Both the position numbers and the translations under genes were made by a program. 62,424 nt of DNA from Actinomycetes bacterium (lineage in GTDB: Bacteria; Actinomycetota; Acidimicrobiia; Acidimicrobiales; Ilumatobacteraceae). Below the pieces are notes generated by a model. The model was not told where the DNA came from and made no database searches. It worked only from the letters and a program-made list of their open reading frames with translations. How positions within the stretch are numbered: the first letter of the stretch is position 1; every line of letters begins with the position of its first letter. The stretch lies in contig BJFV01000001.1 in the NCBI GenBank assembly GCA_014190055.1, positions 1 through 62,424 of the forward strand, given 5' to 3'. Positions 13,163-22,495 of the stretch are shown in pieces.

Positions 13163-14385
13163 AACACCGTTTTCATAATTGTGATTGCTTCATCTATTTC
13201 TTCTGAGCTAACTGTGAACGGTGGCGCCAAACGCAATGCGTGACTCGTCACACCGTTAACGACCAAACCTTTATCGAGCAGTTGCAGAGCAATTTTCTTT
13301 GCATCCAAATCGGGCGACAACTCAGCAGCCAGCAACAAACCTCGTCCGCGCACATTAACGACACCATCAATAGTTTGAAGTTTCGCCGTCAACTCTGTGC
13401 CTTTTTGCATCACAACTTCGGGAGCATTCATATCAATCATCAATTGCATCGTTGCTCGGGCCGCTGCTGTGGCTAATGCAGTGCCGCTATAAGTGCTGCC
13501 ATGATCACCAGGTTTGAAAACGCTTGCGATCTTTTGACTTGCCCAAAGTGCGCCAATTGGCATTCCGTTGCCCATCGCTTTAGCCAGCATCACTACATCT
13601 GGCTTGATTTCGGCGTGTTCAAAACCAAACCATTTGCCTGTTCGTGCGAAACCAGTTTGAACTTCATCAATCATCAACAAGATGCCTCGGTCGGTGCACA
13701 TCTTTCGCGCTGCTTGCAGATATTCGACCGAAGCGGGCACAACGCCACCCTCGCCTTGAATCGTCTCAAGCAAAACTGCAGCGACTGAGTTATCAAGTGC
13801 CGCCTCAAGAGATGCGATGTCATTGAACACAACATGTCTGAAACCTTCGGGCATCGGCGCAAATGGCTCATGCTTTTCTGGCTGACCAGTTGCCGCCAAC
13901 GCAGCGAGTGTGCGCCCGTGAAAACTGCCGAGTGCACTTACAACGACATGCTTACCTCGACCACCAAACTTGCGCGCCAACTTGATGCCAGCCTCATTGG
14001 CTTCAGCACCCGAGTTACAAAAGAACACTTGACCGTATCCAGCATCTTCACCGCTGGCATTGCTCAGCAACTTGTCGACCATTAGGGCGGTTTGAGTCGC
14101 AACAGGGTTGGCAAAAAAATTGCTGACGTGCAGAAGTGTGTTCGCTTGATGCGAAATCGCCGCAGCAACAACCGGGTTGCTGTGGCCGAGCGAGGTGACC
14201 GCAATGCCACAGAGAAAATCTAAATAGCGTTTGCCATTGACATCCCATAATTGCGTGCCCTGCCCGCGCTCAAACATGACTTGAGGCGCTCCGAACACGG
14301 GCATAAACGGACATGAAGGTCGTGAGTCAAGCAGTGCTGTTGCGGTCTTGCTTTCACTAAATGCGTGCGAATTTGTTTTCGACAT
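13159..14385 (-). CDS. argD: Acetylornithine aminotransferase
   Basis: 408-aa class-III PLP aminotransferase in the arg cluster, with 4-nt overlaps to its neighbours. Confidence 0.9.
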   Translation of the reverse strand: MSKTNSHAFSESKTATALLDSRPSCPFMPVFGAPQVMFERGQGTQLWDVNGKRYLDFLCGIAVTSLGHSNPVVAAAISHQANTLLHVSNFFANPVATQTALMVDKLLSNASGEDAGYGQVFFCNSGAEANEAGIKLARKFGGRGKHVVVSALGSFHGRTLAALAATGQPEKHEPFAPMPEGFRHVVFNDIASLEAALDNSVAAVLLETIQGEGGVVPASVEYLQAARKMCTDRGILLMIDEVQTGFARTGKWFGFEHAEIKPDVVMLAKAMGNGMPIGALWASQKIASVFKPGDHGSTYSGTALATAAARATMQLMIDMNAPEVVMQKGTELTAKLQTIDGVVNVRGRGLLLAAELSPDLDAKKIALQLLDKGLVVNGVTSHALRLAPPFTVSSEEIDEAITIMKTVL

Positions 14386-14387
14386 AT

Positions 14388-15287
14388 TTAACCCTTTGAA
14401 ACCATCGTGCCGACACCAGCATCAGTAAAGAGTTCGAGCAGCAAAACATGAGCGATTCTTCCGTCCAAGATGTGCGCTTGAAACACGCCCCGCTCAATTG
14501 CCGAAACGCAACTCTCGATCTTTGGGATCATGCCACCATCGATTGCTCCAGACCCGAGCAACGAGCGCAATTGAGAAGTTGTTGCTTGACGCAACAGCGA
14601 CTTTGCATCATCTTTATTGCTTCGCACCCCTGCAATATCTGTCAGATAAATCAGTTTTTGAGCACCAAGCGCTTCAGCTAATGCACCTGCTGCCGTATCG
14701 GCGTTGATGTTGTAGGCCTGACCTGAATTATCTGTACCGATTGTGGCAACTACTGGCACTTGCGACTCGGCGAGCATTTTTTTGACGATTGTTGCATCGA
14801 CTTTCGTAATCTCGCCCACAAAACCGAGCGCCTCATCGTGGGCCGAAACAATAAACATGTTTGCATCTTGTCCAGAAACGCCGACTGCTGGGGCGCCGTG
14901 TTGATTAATCGCCGTAACCAATTGCGGATTAACAGTACCCAGCAACACCATGCTGACTATCTCCATAGTTTCGGCGTCTGTGACTCGAAGCCCGTTGTGA
15001 AAACTAGGTTTTTTGCCTAGACGCTCCATCATCGCCGAGATCTGAGGCCCGCCACCGTGCACAACAACCGGTTTGAATCCAACTGCATGCAACAGCGCAA
15101 TATCTTTTGCGAACGCAGCCAGAGCATCGTCATTCGTCGAGCCCGCAAGAGCGTTACCACCATATTTGACAACGACTGTTTTCCCGGCGAATTTCTGAAT
15201 GTACGGCAGCGCTTCGATTAATAAGTTTGCAACCTGCGCCGAGTCAACCACTGATTGGTCAATTGCGGTTCTCTGACTGTTTGTCAT
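14388..15287 (-). CDS. argB: Acetylglutamate kinase
   Basis: 299 aa, amino-acid kinase fold, VVKYGGNA motif. Confidence 0.93.
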   Translation of the reverse strand: MTNSQRTAIDQSVVDSAQVANLLIEALPYIQKFAGKTVVVKYGGNALAGSTNDDALAAFAKDIALLHAVGFKPVVVHGGGPQISAMMERLGKKPSFHNGLRVTDAETMEIVSMVLLGTVNPQLVTAINQHGAPAVGVSGQDANMFIVSAHDEALGFVGEITKVDATIVKKMLAESQVPVVATIGTDNSGQAYNINADTAAGALAEALGAQKLIYLTDIAGVRSNKDDAKSLLRQATTSQLRSLLGSGAIDGGMIPKIESCVSAIERGVFQAHILDGRIAHVLLLELFTDAGVGTMVSKG

Positions 15288-16306
15288 GGGTACATCCCCA
15301 CTTTGCTGAGACCAAAAGACTCGTCAATGTTTAGCGCAACATTCGCTGCCTGCACCGCGCCACCTGCGGCCCCCTTAGTCAAGTTGTCGATTGCGCAGAG
15401 CACGATGACGTAACCAGTTCGCTGATCGAATCTTGCCGACAGATGAACTGAGTTTGTGCCAAGCGTTGCCTTTGTAGATGGTGATGCAGGTCGAACCGCC
15501 ACAAACGGTTCGCGCGCATACGCTCGACTTAACACTGCGAGTAGAGATGCCGTGCTTGTTTTTGCGGCATCAATTGGACGGGCGTAACAAGTAGCCAAAA
15601 TGCCACGATTCATTGGCGCCAAATGCGGAGTAAACAAAATCTGCGCACCAGTCACCTGCTCAATTTCTGGTGTATGCCGATGATCGAGCAGACCATACGC
15701 TGAAAAATCTTCGTCAACTGCACAAAACGAATTGCTGTTCTTCAGCGCTCGCCCGGCGCCCGACACACCAGAAGCAGCATCAACTATCACGCCATTTGTT
15801 GAGATGACTTCTGCTTTCACTAATGGCGCTAGGGCCAAACTTGCGGCCGTTACATAACAGCCAGGCGTCGCGATCAACCTCGCAGATTTCAACTCTTGGC
15901 GATAGATCTCTGGCAAACCATAAACAGCCATCTTCAATTCGTTTGGTTGATCATGATCGAAGCCATACCAAGTTGGATAAAGAGTCGAATCTTTCAATCT
16001 GAATGCGGCGCTGCAATCAACGACTAACCGAACATTGTTTACTAGCTGCGGCACGATTTTGAGACTCGCCTCATGAGGCAAAGCCAAAAAGACGACATCA
16101 CATTTCAATGCTTTTTCTAACGAATATTCATCAAATATCAAATTTGGATACGCAGTTGTCAGGCTGGGATACAGAGTCGATGCCAGAGAACCCGCCTGAG
16201 AGTCACCAGTGGCGTACACGACTTCAAACTCGGGGTGGCTCGCACAAAGCCTTAGTAGTTCTGCGCCGACAAAGCCGGACGCCCCCAAAATGCCTACTGA
16301 AAACAT
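15284..16306 (-). CDS. argC: N-acetyl-gamma-glutamyl-phosphate reductase
   Basis: 340 aa, N-terminal GASGFVG, active-site Cys in ATPGCYVTAA. Confidence 0.93.
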   Translation of the reverse strand: MFSVGILGASGFVGAELLRLCASHPEFEVVYATGDSQAGSLASTLYPSLTTAYPNLIFDEYSLEKALKCDVVFLALPHEASLKIVPQLVNNVRLVVDCSAAFRLKDSTLYPTWYGFDHDQPNELKMAVYGLPEIYRQELKSARLIATPGCYVTAASLALAPLVKAEVISTNGVIVDAASGVSGAGRALKNSNSFCAVDEDFSAYGLLDHRHTPEIEQVTGAQILFTPHLAPMNRGILATCYARPIDAAKTSTASLLAVLSRAYAREPFVAVRPASPSTKATLGTNSVHLSARFDQRTGYVIVLCAIDNLTKGAAGGAVQAANVALNIDESFGLSKVGMYP

Positions 16307-16336
16307 AGATGTATTAATATACGGGGTTATGTATAA

Positions 16337-16993
16337 CTATGCAAGCATCAATTTAAGGGCTTTGGCTCGGGCCAAATCGCACTTTTCACGTCTATGGCAA
16401 CCCAAGTAATGGTCATTTACGACACCGAGTGATTGCATCGCGGCATACATGGTCGTTTCACCCACAAATTTGAAACCGAGTTTTCGCAGCGATTTTGACA
16501 TTGCTTGAGACTCGGGTGTTTTGCTTTGAATATCACGTTGTGATTTTGGCGCCTTAGAAGGCTTTTTGGATGATTTCACTGCCGCGTTTTCAGGGCAGAA
16601 GCTCCAGACAAATTTTGCCAGCGAGATGCCTTCGTTTTGCATCTGCAGACTCGCCCGAGCATTTTGGATTGTTGCTTCAATTTTGCCTCTGTGCCGCACT
16701 ATTCCGGCATTGTTCATTAGCCGCTCGATATCTCTTTTGTTGAACTTTGCCACTAGTTCTGGTTCGAAGTTTTTGAATGCAATTCTGAATGCTGGTCGTT
16801 TACGCAAAATTGTCAGCCAACTCAATCCTGATTGAAAACCTTCGAGACAAATTTTCTCGAAAATGAGTCTGTCGTCGACAACTGGCATGCCCCACTCTTC
16901 ATCGTGATAGCGAACATATTCGCTGTCACCTGCACACCAACTACACCGAGGCTTGCCATCACTTTCAGAAATTAGTGCCGTGCGCGTAGACAT
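16337..16993 (-). CDS. tag: DNA-3-methyladenine glycosylase I
   Basis: Contains the CSWC...YHDEEWGMPV motif typical of Tag. The ORF track starts at GTG 17059, which would overlap the pheT end. I prefer ATG 16993 (MSTRTAL...), which removes the overlap. Confidence 0.85.
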   Translation of the reverse strand: MSTRTALISESDGKPRCSWCAGDSEYVRYHDEEWGMPVVDDRLIFEKICLEGFQSGLSWLTILRKRPAFRIAFKNFEPELVAKFNKRDIERLMNNAGIVRHRGKIEATIQNARASLQMQNEGISLAKFVWSFCPENAAVKSSKKPSKAPKSQRDIQSKTPESQAMSKSLRKLGFKFVGETTMYAAMQSLGVVNDHYLGCHRREKCDLARAKALKLMLA

Positions 16994-17013
16994 AGCTCTA
17001 ATCGAATTTGGGG

Positions 17014-19389
17014 TTAGTTGCGAAGCAAAGCGCCAAGTTTGGCTGCAGCGTCGAGACACTTCTGACGAATCGCAGTTACTTCGGCGTCGGTCAAAGTTCG
17101 ATCACTCGCCTGCAGACACAACCTAAATGTCAAACTTCGTGAGTTGTCAGGCAGACCTGCACCTCGATACACGTCGAACAATTCAAGATCTACTAATTCT
17201 GAACCACCAGCCTGACGCAATGCCTTCATCACCGCGCCTGCAGACTGACTATTTGGCACTGTAAACGCAAGATCAAAGTCACTTCGCGGGAACCTGCTAA
17301 CTGCCTTTGCAGTTGCGATCCGCGGCGATTCAGCAAGCAACACCGAGAGATTCAACTCAAGACATGCAACTGATGTATTGATTTGATTCTGCGCCAACAC
17401 TCTCGGGTCAATCTCGCCAACACAACCCAAGACTTGTTTACCGCGACGCAAAGTCGCGCTTCGCTTTGGGTGATACCCAGGTTCAACGCTCGACTGGTCG
17501 AGTTGCGCGCCAAAGCCCATGACACTTGATATCTGGCTCCACCAATCAAGTGCCAGTGAACTCGTTTCTCCGGCCGCGAATAAACAAAGCGATTCATATT
17601 CATCTGGCAAACCTTCAGGCGAGTTCTCAGAACCCGAAGGATAAACGTGCCCAAGCTCGAAAAGTGAAATTTTGCTAGCCCGATGTGAGATGTTGAACGA
17701 AACTGCTTTTAAAAGACCTGGTCTAAGAGACGTACGCAACACACTCTCCTCGTAAACAAGTGGGTTCGCAAGACGAATAGCGTTGTCTTCTGGCAAGCCC
17801 GCTTTAACTAAATCACCTGGCGCCAAAAATGGATTAGGCATCGCTTCACTTAGCCCCATGCTCAATACGACTTCGCGAATATCTCGTCGACGTTGTTGCA
17901 GTGGCGAGAGTCGACCATGCATCGTGGATTGCGGCACGATCTTGCCCAAGTTTTCATAGCCATAATGTCTGGCTACTTCTTCGACAAGATCGATCTCTGT
18001 TTCACAATCAGGTCGCCACGAAGGCACGGCAATTTTCAAAGTCGCCAACTTGGCCGACGAGGTTGATTTAGTTACGAATCCGATTTTTGCCAGCATTGCA
18101 GAAATTGCTTTAGCCGAGAGTTTCGGTCCAAGAATTCGGTTGACTTGGGCGACACGCAATGCGACCACTTTTTGTTTTGGCGGAAGCGTCTTTTCTTTTA
18201 CATCGGCTGCCCCACCATGAACAACCAAATTTGGGCACGATTCGCGCAACAAAGCAGCAAAGCGGCTGACAGCATGATCTACGCCATAAGGATCAACTCC
18301 GCGCTCAAAGCGCATTGACGCCTCAGACTTAAGGCCAAGCCTCGTCGCAGTTTTCGCAACCCCGGATGACTCGAACCAAGCGGTCTCGAGCGCAACAGTT
18401 TTTGTCTGCTTGCTTATTTCAGTTGAAGCACCGCCCATGACGCCAGCAAGACCAATGGCGTTATCTTTGCCGTCGCAAATCAAAAGATCATCTGTTTGGA
18501 GAGTTCGAACTTGGCCGTCAAGAGTCAGCAAAGTTTCGCCAGCGCGCGCACAACGTATTTTGAAACCGTTGTTTACCTTGTCGGCATCAAACGCATGTGT
18601 TGGCTGGTTCAATTCGAGCATCACAAGATTCGACGCATCAACAACATTGTTGATCGGTCGCATGCCGCAGTTTGCCAACCTTCGCGCAATCCAACTCGGT
18701 GAGTCGCCAACTTCTACTCCAGACATGACCGTCATGTTGTAGCGAGCGCAACGTTTTTTGTCGGCGATTGTCACCTTCAACGTGCGTGCGAGGCCCTTCT
18801 TCGCTTTGTCGCCGCTCGGCACTGCAACTTTGACACCAAGGCGAGCGCCAAGATCGCGTGCTACACCCAAGTAGCCGTTGCAATCGGGGCGATTGCGAGT
18901 CACATCTAAATCGAAAACTCGGTCTTGCTCGATGCCAAGCGCCTTGAACACATCTGTTCCGAGTTTGAAGTTGTTCGGGAGAATCAAGATGCCATCTGCG
19001 TCGGCAGTCAAACCTAATTCTGTGCCTGAGCAAAGCATGCCGTGACTCTCGATACCGAGAATTCCCCGCGCTGTGATAACCCGACCATCAGGCATCGTGG
19101 TACCGAGTGTTGCAAGTGGTATCAGGTCGCCCGACTTCATATTGAATGCTCCGCACCAAACGTGCAACTCTTTGCCGTCACCTGCATCTACATATACGCG
19201 GTGCACTTTTTCGGCGTCAGGGTGACGCTCAGTTCGCAACACTTTGGCTACAACTACGCCTTTGACCGGGGTGCCAACAGTTGTCACTGATTCGACTGCT
19301 AGCCCAAGACTTGTCATCGCCTCGGCGAGTTTTTCGGCATCTGTGCCAAATGAGCCAAAATCATTTAGCCACGAGTTCAAGATCTTCAT
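17014..19389 (-). CDS. pheT: Phenylalanine--tRNA ligase beta subunit
   Basis: 791 aa, with an N-terminal tRNA-binding domain and B3/4, B5 and FDX-ACB-like regions. It follows pheS with a 1-nt overlap. Confidence 0.95.
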   Translation of the reverse strand: MKILNSWLNDFGSFGTDAEKLAEAMTSLGLAVESVTTVGTPVKGVVVAKVLRTERHPDAEKVHRVYVDAGDGKELHVWCGAFNMKSGDLIPLATLGTTMPDGRVITARGILGIESHGMLCSGTELGLTADADGILILPNNFKLGTDVFKALGIEQDRVFDLDVTRNRPDCNGYLGVARDLGARLGVKVAVPSGDKAKKGLARTLKVTIADKKRCARYNMTVMSGVEVGDSPSWIARRLANCGMRPINNVVDASNLVMLELNQPTHAFDADKVNNGFKIRCARAGETLLTLDGQVRTLQTDDLLICDGKDNAIGLAGVMGGASTEISKQTKTVALETAWFESSGVAKTATRLGLKSEASMRFERGVDPYGVDHAVSRFAALLRESCPNLVVHGGAADVKEKTLPPKQKVVALRVAQVNRILGPKLSAKAISAMLAKIGFVTKSTSSAKLATLKIAVPSWRPDCETEIDLVEEVARHYGYENLGKIVPQSTMHGRLSPLQQRRRDIREVVLSMGLSEAMPNPFLAPGDLVKAGLPEDNAIRLANPLVYEESVLRTSLRPGLLKAVSFNISHRASKISLFELGHVYPSGSENSPEGLPDEYESLCLFAAGETSSLALDWWSQISSVMGFGAQLDQSSVEPGYHPKRSATLRRGKQVLGCVGEIDPRVLAQNQINTSVACLELNLSVLLAESPRIATAKAVSRFPRSDFDLAFTVPNSQSAGAVMKALRQAGGSELVDLELFDVYRGAGLPDNSRSLTFRLCLQASDRTLTDAEVTAIRQKCLDAAAKLGALLRN

Positions 19390-20417
19390 CAGAATTGCCT
19401 CAAAAATCTGAGGTCGTTTGTATACATCTCGCGAATGTCTTCGACCTTGTGCCGTTCTTTAGCCATGCGATCAATGCCAAAACCGAATGCGAAGCCACTG
19501 AACTCTTCAGGATCAATACCCCCGCTGATCAAGACATTCGGGTGAACCATGCCGCAGCCCCCGAGTTCAATCCACTCGCCATCAGCACGGCGAATGTCAA
19601 ACTCTGCACTTGGCTCGGTGAACGGAAAGAATGAAGGACGAAGACGACTTGTGAACTCGTTGCCAAAAAATGCCTTGGTGAAAGCTTCGATTGTGCCCGC
19701 CAGATGCGCGAATGTAATACCTCTGTCAATTACGAGACCTTCAATCTGATGGAAAACAGGCATGTGCGTTGCGTCCGGCGTATCGCGACGAAAAACTCGA
19801 CCCGGCATAATCGCATAAATCGGCGGCTTCCACGATTTCATCACACGAATTTGCACAGGTGATGTGTGTGTTCGCAAGAGAACCGAATTGGGCTCACCAT
19901 ATTCGAGAAACATCGTGTCGAATTCTGAGCGCGCCGGGTGCGACTTGGGCATGTTGAGGGCTTCAAAATTATGAAAGTCTGTTTCAACCTCGGGCCCTTC
20001 GGCGATTTGAAAACCTAAACCAATGAAAACGTCTTCAAGTCGCTGGGTTGCCTGAGTCACGATGTGACTATGACCTCTTCGACGCTGCACCAAGAATTCG
20101 GTCAGATCAAGCGACTCTTGCTCGATGCGAGCCGCGATTTCGTTATCGGCAAACTCGCGAGTTCGAGTTTCAAGCGCAGCAGCTATCTCGCCTGCCGCTG
20201 CATTAAGCAACTGACCAATTGAGCGCTTATCGTCGACCGACGACAGTTTGCCCATTTCGCTTTTAAAGCTATTTAATGGGCTGTCTTTTTTATTCAGATC
20301 AGCTGACAATGCACGCAACCCCGCGAGATCTGCCGTATTTTTGATCGCCGACATCGCTGACTCTTTGGCCGCATTAATTGCCAAACTCATTGACTCAACA
20401 GAGTTTTGATCAGCCAT
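19389..20417 (-). CDS. pheS: Phenylalanine--tRNA ligase alpha subunit
   Basis: 342 aa with a class-II core (FRRDTPDATHMPVFHQIEG, GCGMVHPNVL). Confidence 0.95.
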   Translation of the reverse strand: MADQNSVESMSLAINAAKESAMSAIKNTADLAGLRALSADLNKKDSPLNSFKSEMGKLSSVDDKRSIGQLLNAAAGEIAAALETRTREFADNEIAARIEQESLDLTEFLVQRRRGHSHIVTQATQRLEDVFIGLGFQIAEGPEVETDFHNFEALNMPKSHPARSEFDTMFLEYGEPNSVLLRTHTSPVQIRVMKSWKPPIYAIMPGRVFRRDTPDATHMPVFHQIEGLVIDRGITFAHLAGTIEAFTKAFFGNEFTSRLRPSFFPFTEPSAEFDIRRADGEWIELGGCGMVHPNVLISGGIDPEEFSGFAFGFGIDRMAKERHKVEDIREMYTNDLRFLRQF

Positions 20418-20456
20418 CGTTACTTAACTTTAGTCTTCGGCGACTTCGCTACAGGG

Positions 20457-21224
20457 CTACTTATTGTGCTGGCGCTTAACTTCAAAGCACAACAATGTGG
20501 CGGCCATTGCAACATTCAGGCTTTCAGAGCGACCTGCGTGTTGAATTGTCAGCCATCCATCAAGTTTTGTATTCATCGATAAACCATGCGCTTCATTGCC
20601 GAGCACTATCGCAACCCGACCTGATAGGTCTGCGGCGTTGAAATCGACCGACTTGTCGAGTTGATGACTCGACGAGCCCCAAGTTTTAAAACCAAGCGAC
20701 GCAACTTCTTCGAGTGTCACCGACTCAAAAACCGGAATGTTAAAGATTGCACCGGCCGACGCCCGCACAACTTTTGGACTGAAAGCATCAACGGTGCCGC
20801 TCGTCAGCATTACTGCACTTGCGCCCGCTGCCTCTGCTGAACGAAGGATTGTTCCTAAGTTGCCTGGATCTGAAATTTTGTCAGCCACTACCACCCAAGC
20901 CTCACCAGCACTCTTCAAGTCATCAATGTCATGCTCTTTTTTCAGTGCAATCGCAATAACTGGTTGAGGGGTCGCAGTTGACGCGACACGCTCGATAACA
21001 CCGGGAGCAAGATCGTTTACTGCACTACCTGCTCCAGAACATGCAACACCACCAGGTGCAACAAATTGAGACTCAATTTGCCAACCAGCCCGAATTGCTT
21101 CGTCGATCAGCGTGGCGCCTTCGACTACGAACGCCTTTTCTTGGGCTCGTTCAGATTTATCGTTTACAAGTCTGCGTAGTCGCTGAACTCGATTGCTCGT
21201 GTACGCGAGTGGCGAAAGACTCAG
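20457..21224 (-). CDS. TrmH/SpoU-family RNA 2'-O-methyltransferase (TsnR-like); proposed non-canonical CTG start overlapping the rplT stop
   Basis: The C-terminal SpoU domain is present ([36 protein letters not shown]). The first canonical start is TTG 20918 (153 aa). The frame is open up to TAA 21239..21237 and encodes a typical N-terminal substrate-binding domain ([10 protein letters not shown]...[16 protein letters not shown]) with no ATG/GTG/TTG. See the finding for details. Confidence 0.7.
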   Translation of the reverse strand: MSLSPLAYTSNRVQRLRRLVNDKSERAQEKAFVVEGATLIDEAIRAGWQIESQFVAPGGVACSGAGSAVNDLAPGVIERVASTATPQPVIAIALKKEHDIDDLKSAGEAWVVVADKISDPGNLGTILRSAEAAGASAVMLTSGTVDAFSPKVVRASAGAIFNIPVFESVTLEEVASLGFKTWGSSSHQLDKSVDFNAADLSGRVAIVLGNEAHGLSMNTKLDGWLTIQHAGRSESLNVAMAATLLCFEVKRQHNK

Positions 21225-21577
21225 ACGAGTGCGCCCTTAGCTGTTTCAACTAATTTCGCGAATGCTTTTTCATCATGAACAGCAAGATCGGCCAAAATCT
21301 TTCGGTCGACTGTGATGCCGGCGGCTGACAAGCCCGCGATGAAGCGGCTATAGCTCATGTCGTGCATACGGCAACCAGCGTTGATGCGCTGAATCCACAG
21401 ACTGCGAAACTCGCCCTTCTTTGCGCGACGATCACGAAATGCATACTGACCTGAGTGCAGTACTTGTTCGTTTGCCGAGCGGAAGGTACGGCTGCGATCT
21501 CCGTAGTAACCCTTTGCTTTTTCAAGAATTGCCCTGTGCTTTTTGCGGGCATGAACACCACGTTTAACTCTGGCCAT
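21221..21577 (-). CDS. rplT: 50S ribosomal protein L20
   Basis: 118 aa, starting [15 protein letters not shown].... Confidence 0.97.
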   Translation of the reverse strand: MARVKRGVHARKKHRAILEKAKGYYGDRSRTFRSANEQVLHSGQYAFRDRRAKKGEFRSLWIQRINAGCRMHDMSYSRFIAGLSAAGITVDRKILADLAVHDEKAFAKLVETAKGALV

Positions 21578-21627
21578 CTTCGTTTCCTTTCAGTAAAAGT
21601 TTGATTACAGATCTCTGACTTAGTGAT

Positions 21628-21825
21628 TTACCGCTCTGCAAGCAGGCGCTTGATTCGTTTGACATCACCCGTGTGCACATCGACAGTGCCGTCAAGACGA
21701 CGAGTGCGCTCGCTCGACTTGTGTTCAAACAAGTGCTGACGCATCGACTGCTGACGACGAAGTTTGCCTGTGCCTGTTTTCTTAAATCGCTTCTTGGCTG
21801 TCTTGGATGTTTTCATCTTTGGCAT
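21628..21825 (-). CDS. rpmI: 50S ribosomal protein L35
   Basis: 65 aa, starting [21 protein letters not shown]..., with GGAG 7 nt upstream of the ATG. Confidence 0.96.
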   Translation of the reverse strand: MPKMKTSKTAKKRFKKTGTGKLRRQQSMRQHLFEHKSSERTRRLDGTVDVHTGDVKRIKRLLAER

Positions 21826-22456
21826 TTTGTGGCTCCGTTTCGGTTGTCGTTATTGAGATGTCTTGTTTGATCGGCGTTGGGTTGACAGATGTTGGTTTTG
21901 TCGCAGCAGGCTTTGGGCTCGCTGGACGTTTGGCTGCTTTTTTGTCTGGTGAGAGAACCATTGTCATATTTCGACCTTCAAGTCGGGCCGATGTGTCAAC
22001 TTTGGCAATCGGACCGAGTTGCTCGATCACGGCGTCCAAAATCTTGGATCCCAACTCTGGGTGAGCCATTTCTCTTCCGCGAAACTGCAGGGTGACTTTT
22101 ACCTTGTGGCCCTCGTCGAGAAACTCGAGCATGTGGCGCACCTTGGTGTCAAAGTCTCCCTTGGCAATCTTCGGCTTGAATTTGACTTCCTTCATTGTGA
22201 TCTGCACCGTTTTTTTGCGGGACTCTTTCAGTCGTTGAGCCTCTTCGTAACGGAACTTGCCGTAGTCCATGATTCGACATACGGGTGGCTCTGCTAGCGG
22301 AGCAACTTCAACAAGGTCTAAATCGGCCTTGCGAGAACGCTCAAGTGCATCTTCGATACTGACGACTCCAACTTGTGATCCGTCTGCGTCAACGAGACGA
22401 ACCTGTTTGGCTCGAATTCTTTCGTTGTAGCGCGGCTCATTATTTGGCGGTGCTAT
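21782..22456 (-). CDS. infC: Translation initiation factor IF-3 (proposed ATA start)
   Basis: The ORF track starts at an internal Met ([12 protein letters not shown]). The same frame continues upstream as ..[61 protein letters not shown], the conserved IF-3 N-domain, back to in-frame TGA 22465..22463. The only start-like codons there are ATA 22456..22454 and ATT. infC is known to use atypical starts. Confidence 0.85.
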   Translation of the reverse strand: MAPPNNEPRYNERIRAKQVRLVDADGSQVGVVSIEDALERSRKADLDLVEVAPLAEPPVCRIMDYGKFRYEEAQRLKESRKKTVQITMKEVKFKPKIAKGDFDTKVRHMLEFLDEGHKVKVTLQFRGREMAHPELGSKILDAVIEQLGPIAKVDTSARLEGRNMTMVLSPDKKAAKRPASPKPAATKPTSVNPTPIKQDISITTTETEPQNAKDENIQDSQEAI

Positions 22457-22495
22457 GACTGTTCACTGCTTGACAAGCGGCTGTGCCTCCTCTTT
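22453..22495 (-). promoter_or_regulatory. Strong SD plus 7-codon uORF ending on the infC start (ATAG junction)
   Basis: Minus sense has AAAGAGGAGG (22495..22486), 9 nt, then TTG TCA AGC AGT GAA CAG TCA TAG (22476..22453). The TAG shares two bases with the ATA proposed as the infC start. Confidence 0.4.

Noticed and set aside
21221-21224. Possibility that the TrmH-like N-terminal domain is made by read-through of the rplT TGA stop (an L20-methyltransferase fusion).
   Set aside because: On careful phasing, the methyltransferase frame is offset by one nucleotide from the rplT frame. The rplT frame continues after TGA as GTC TTT CGC ... and hits TAA after 17 codons. Read-through therefore cannot produce the domain. 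A separate initiation (CTG) or a frameshift would be needed.
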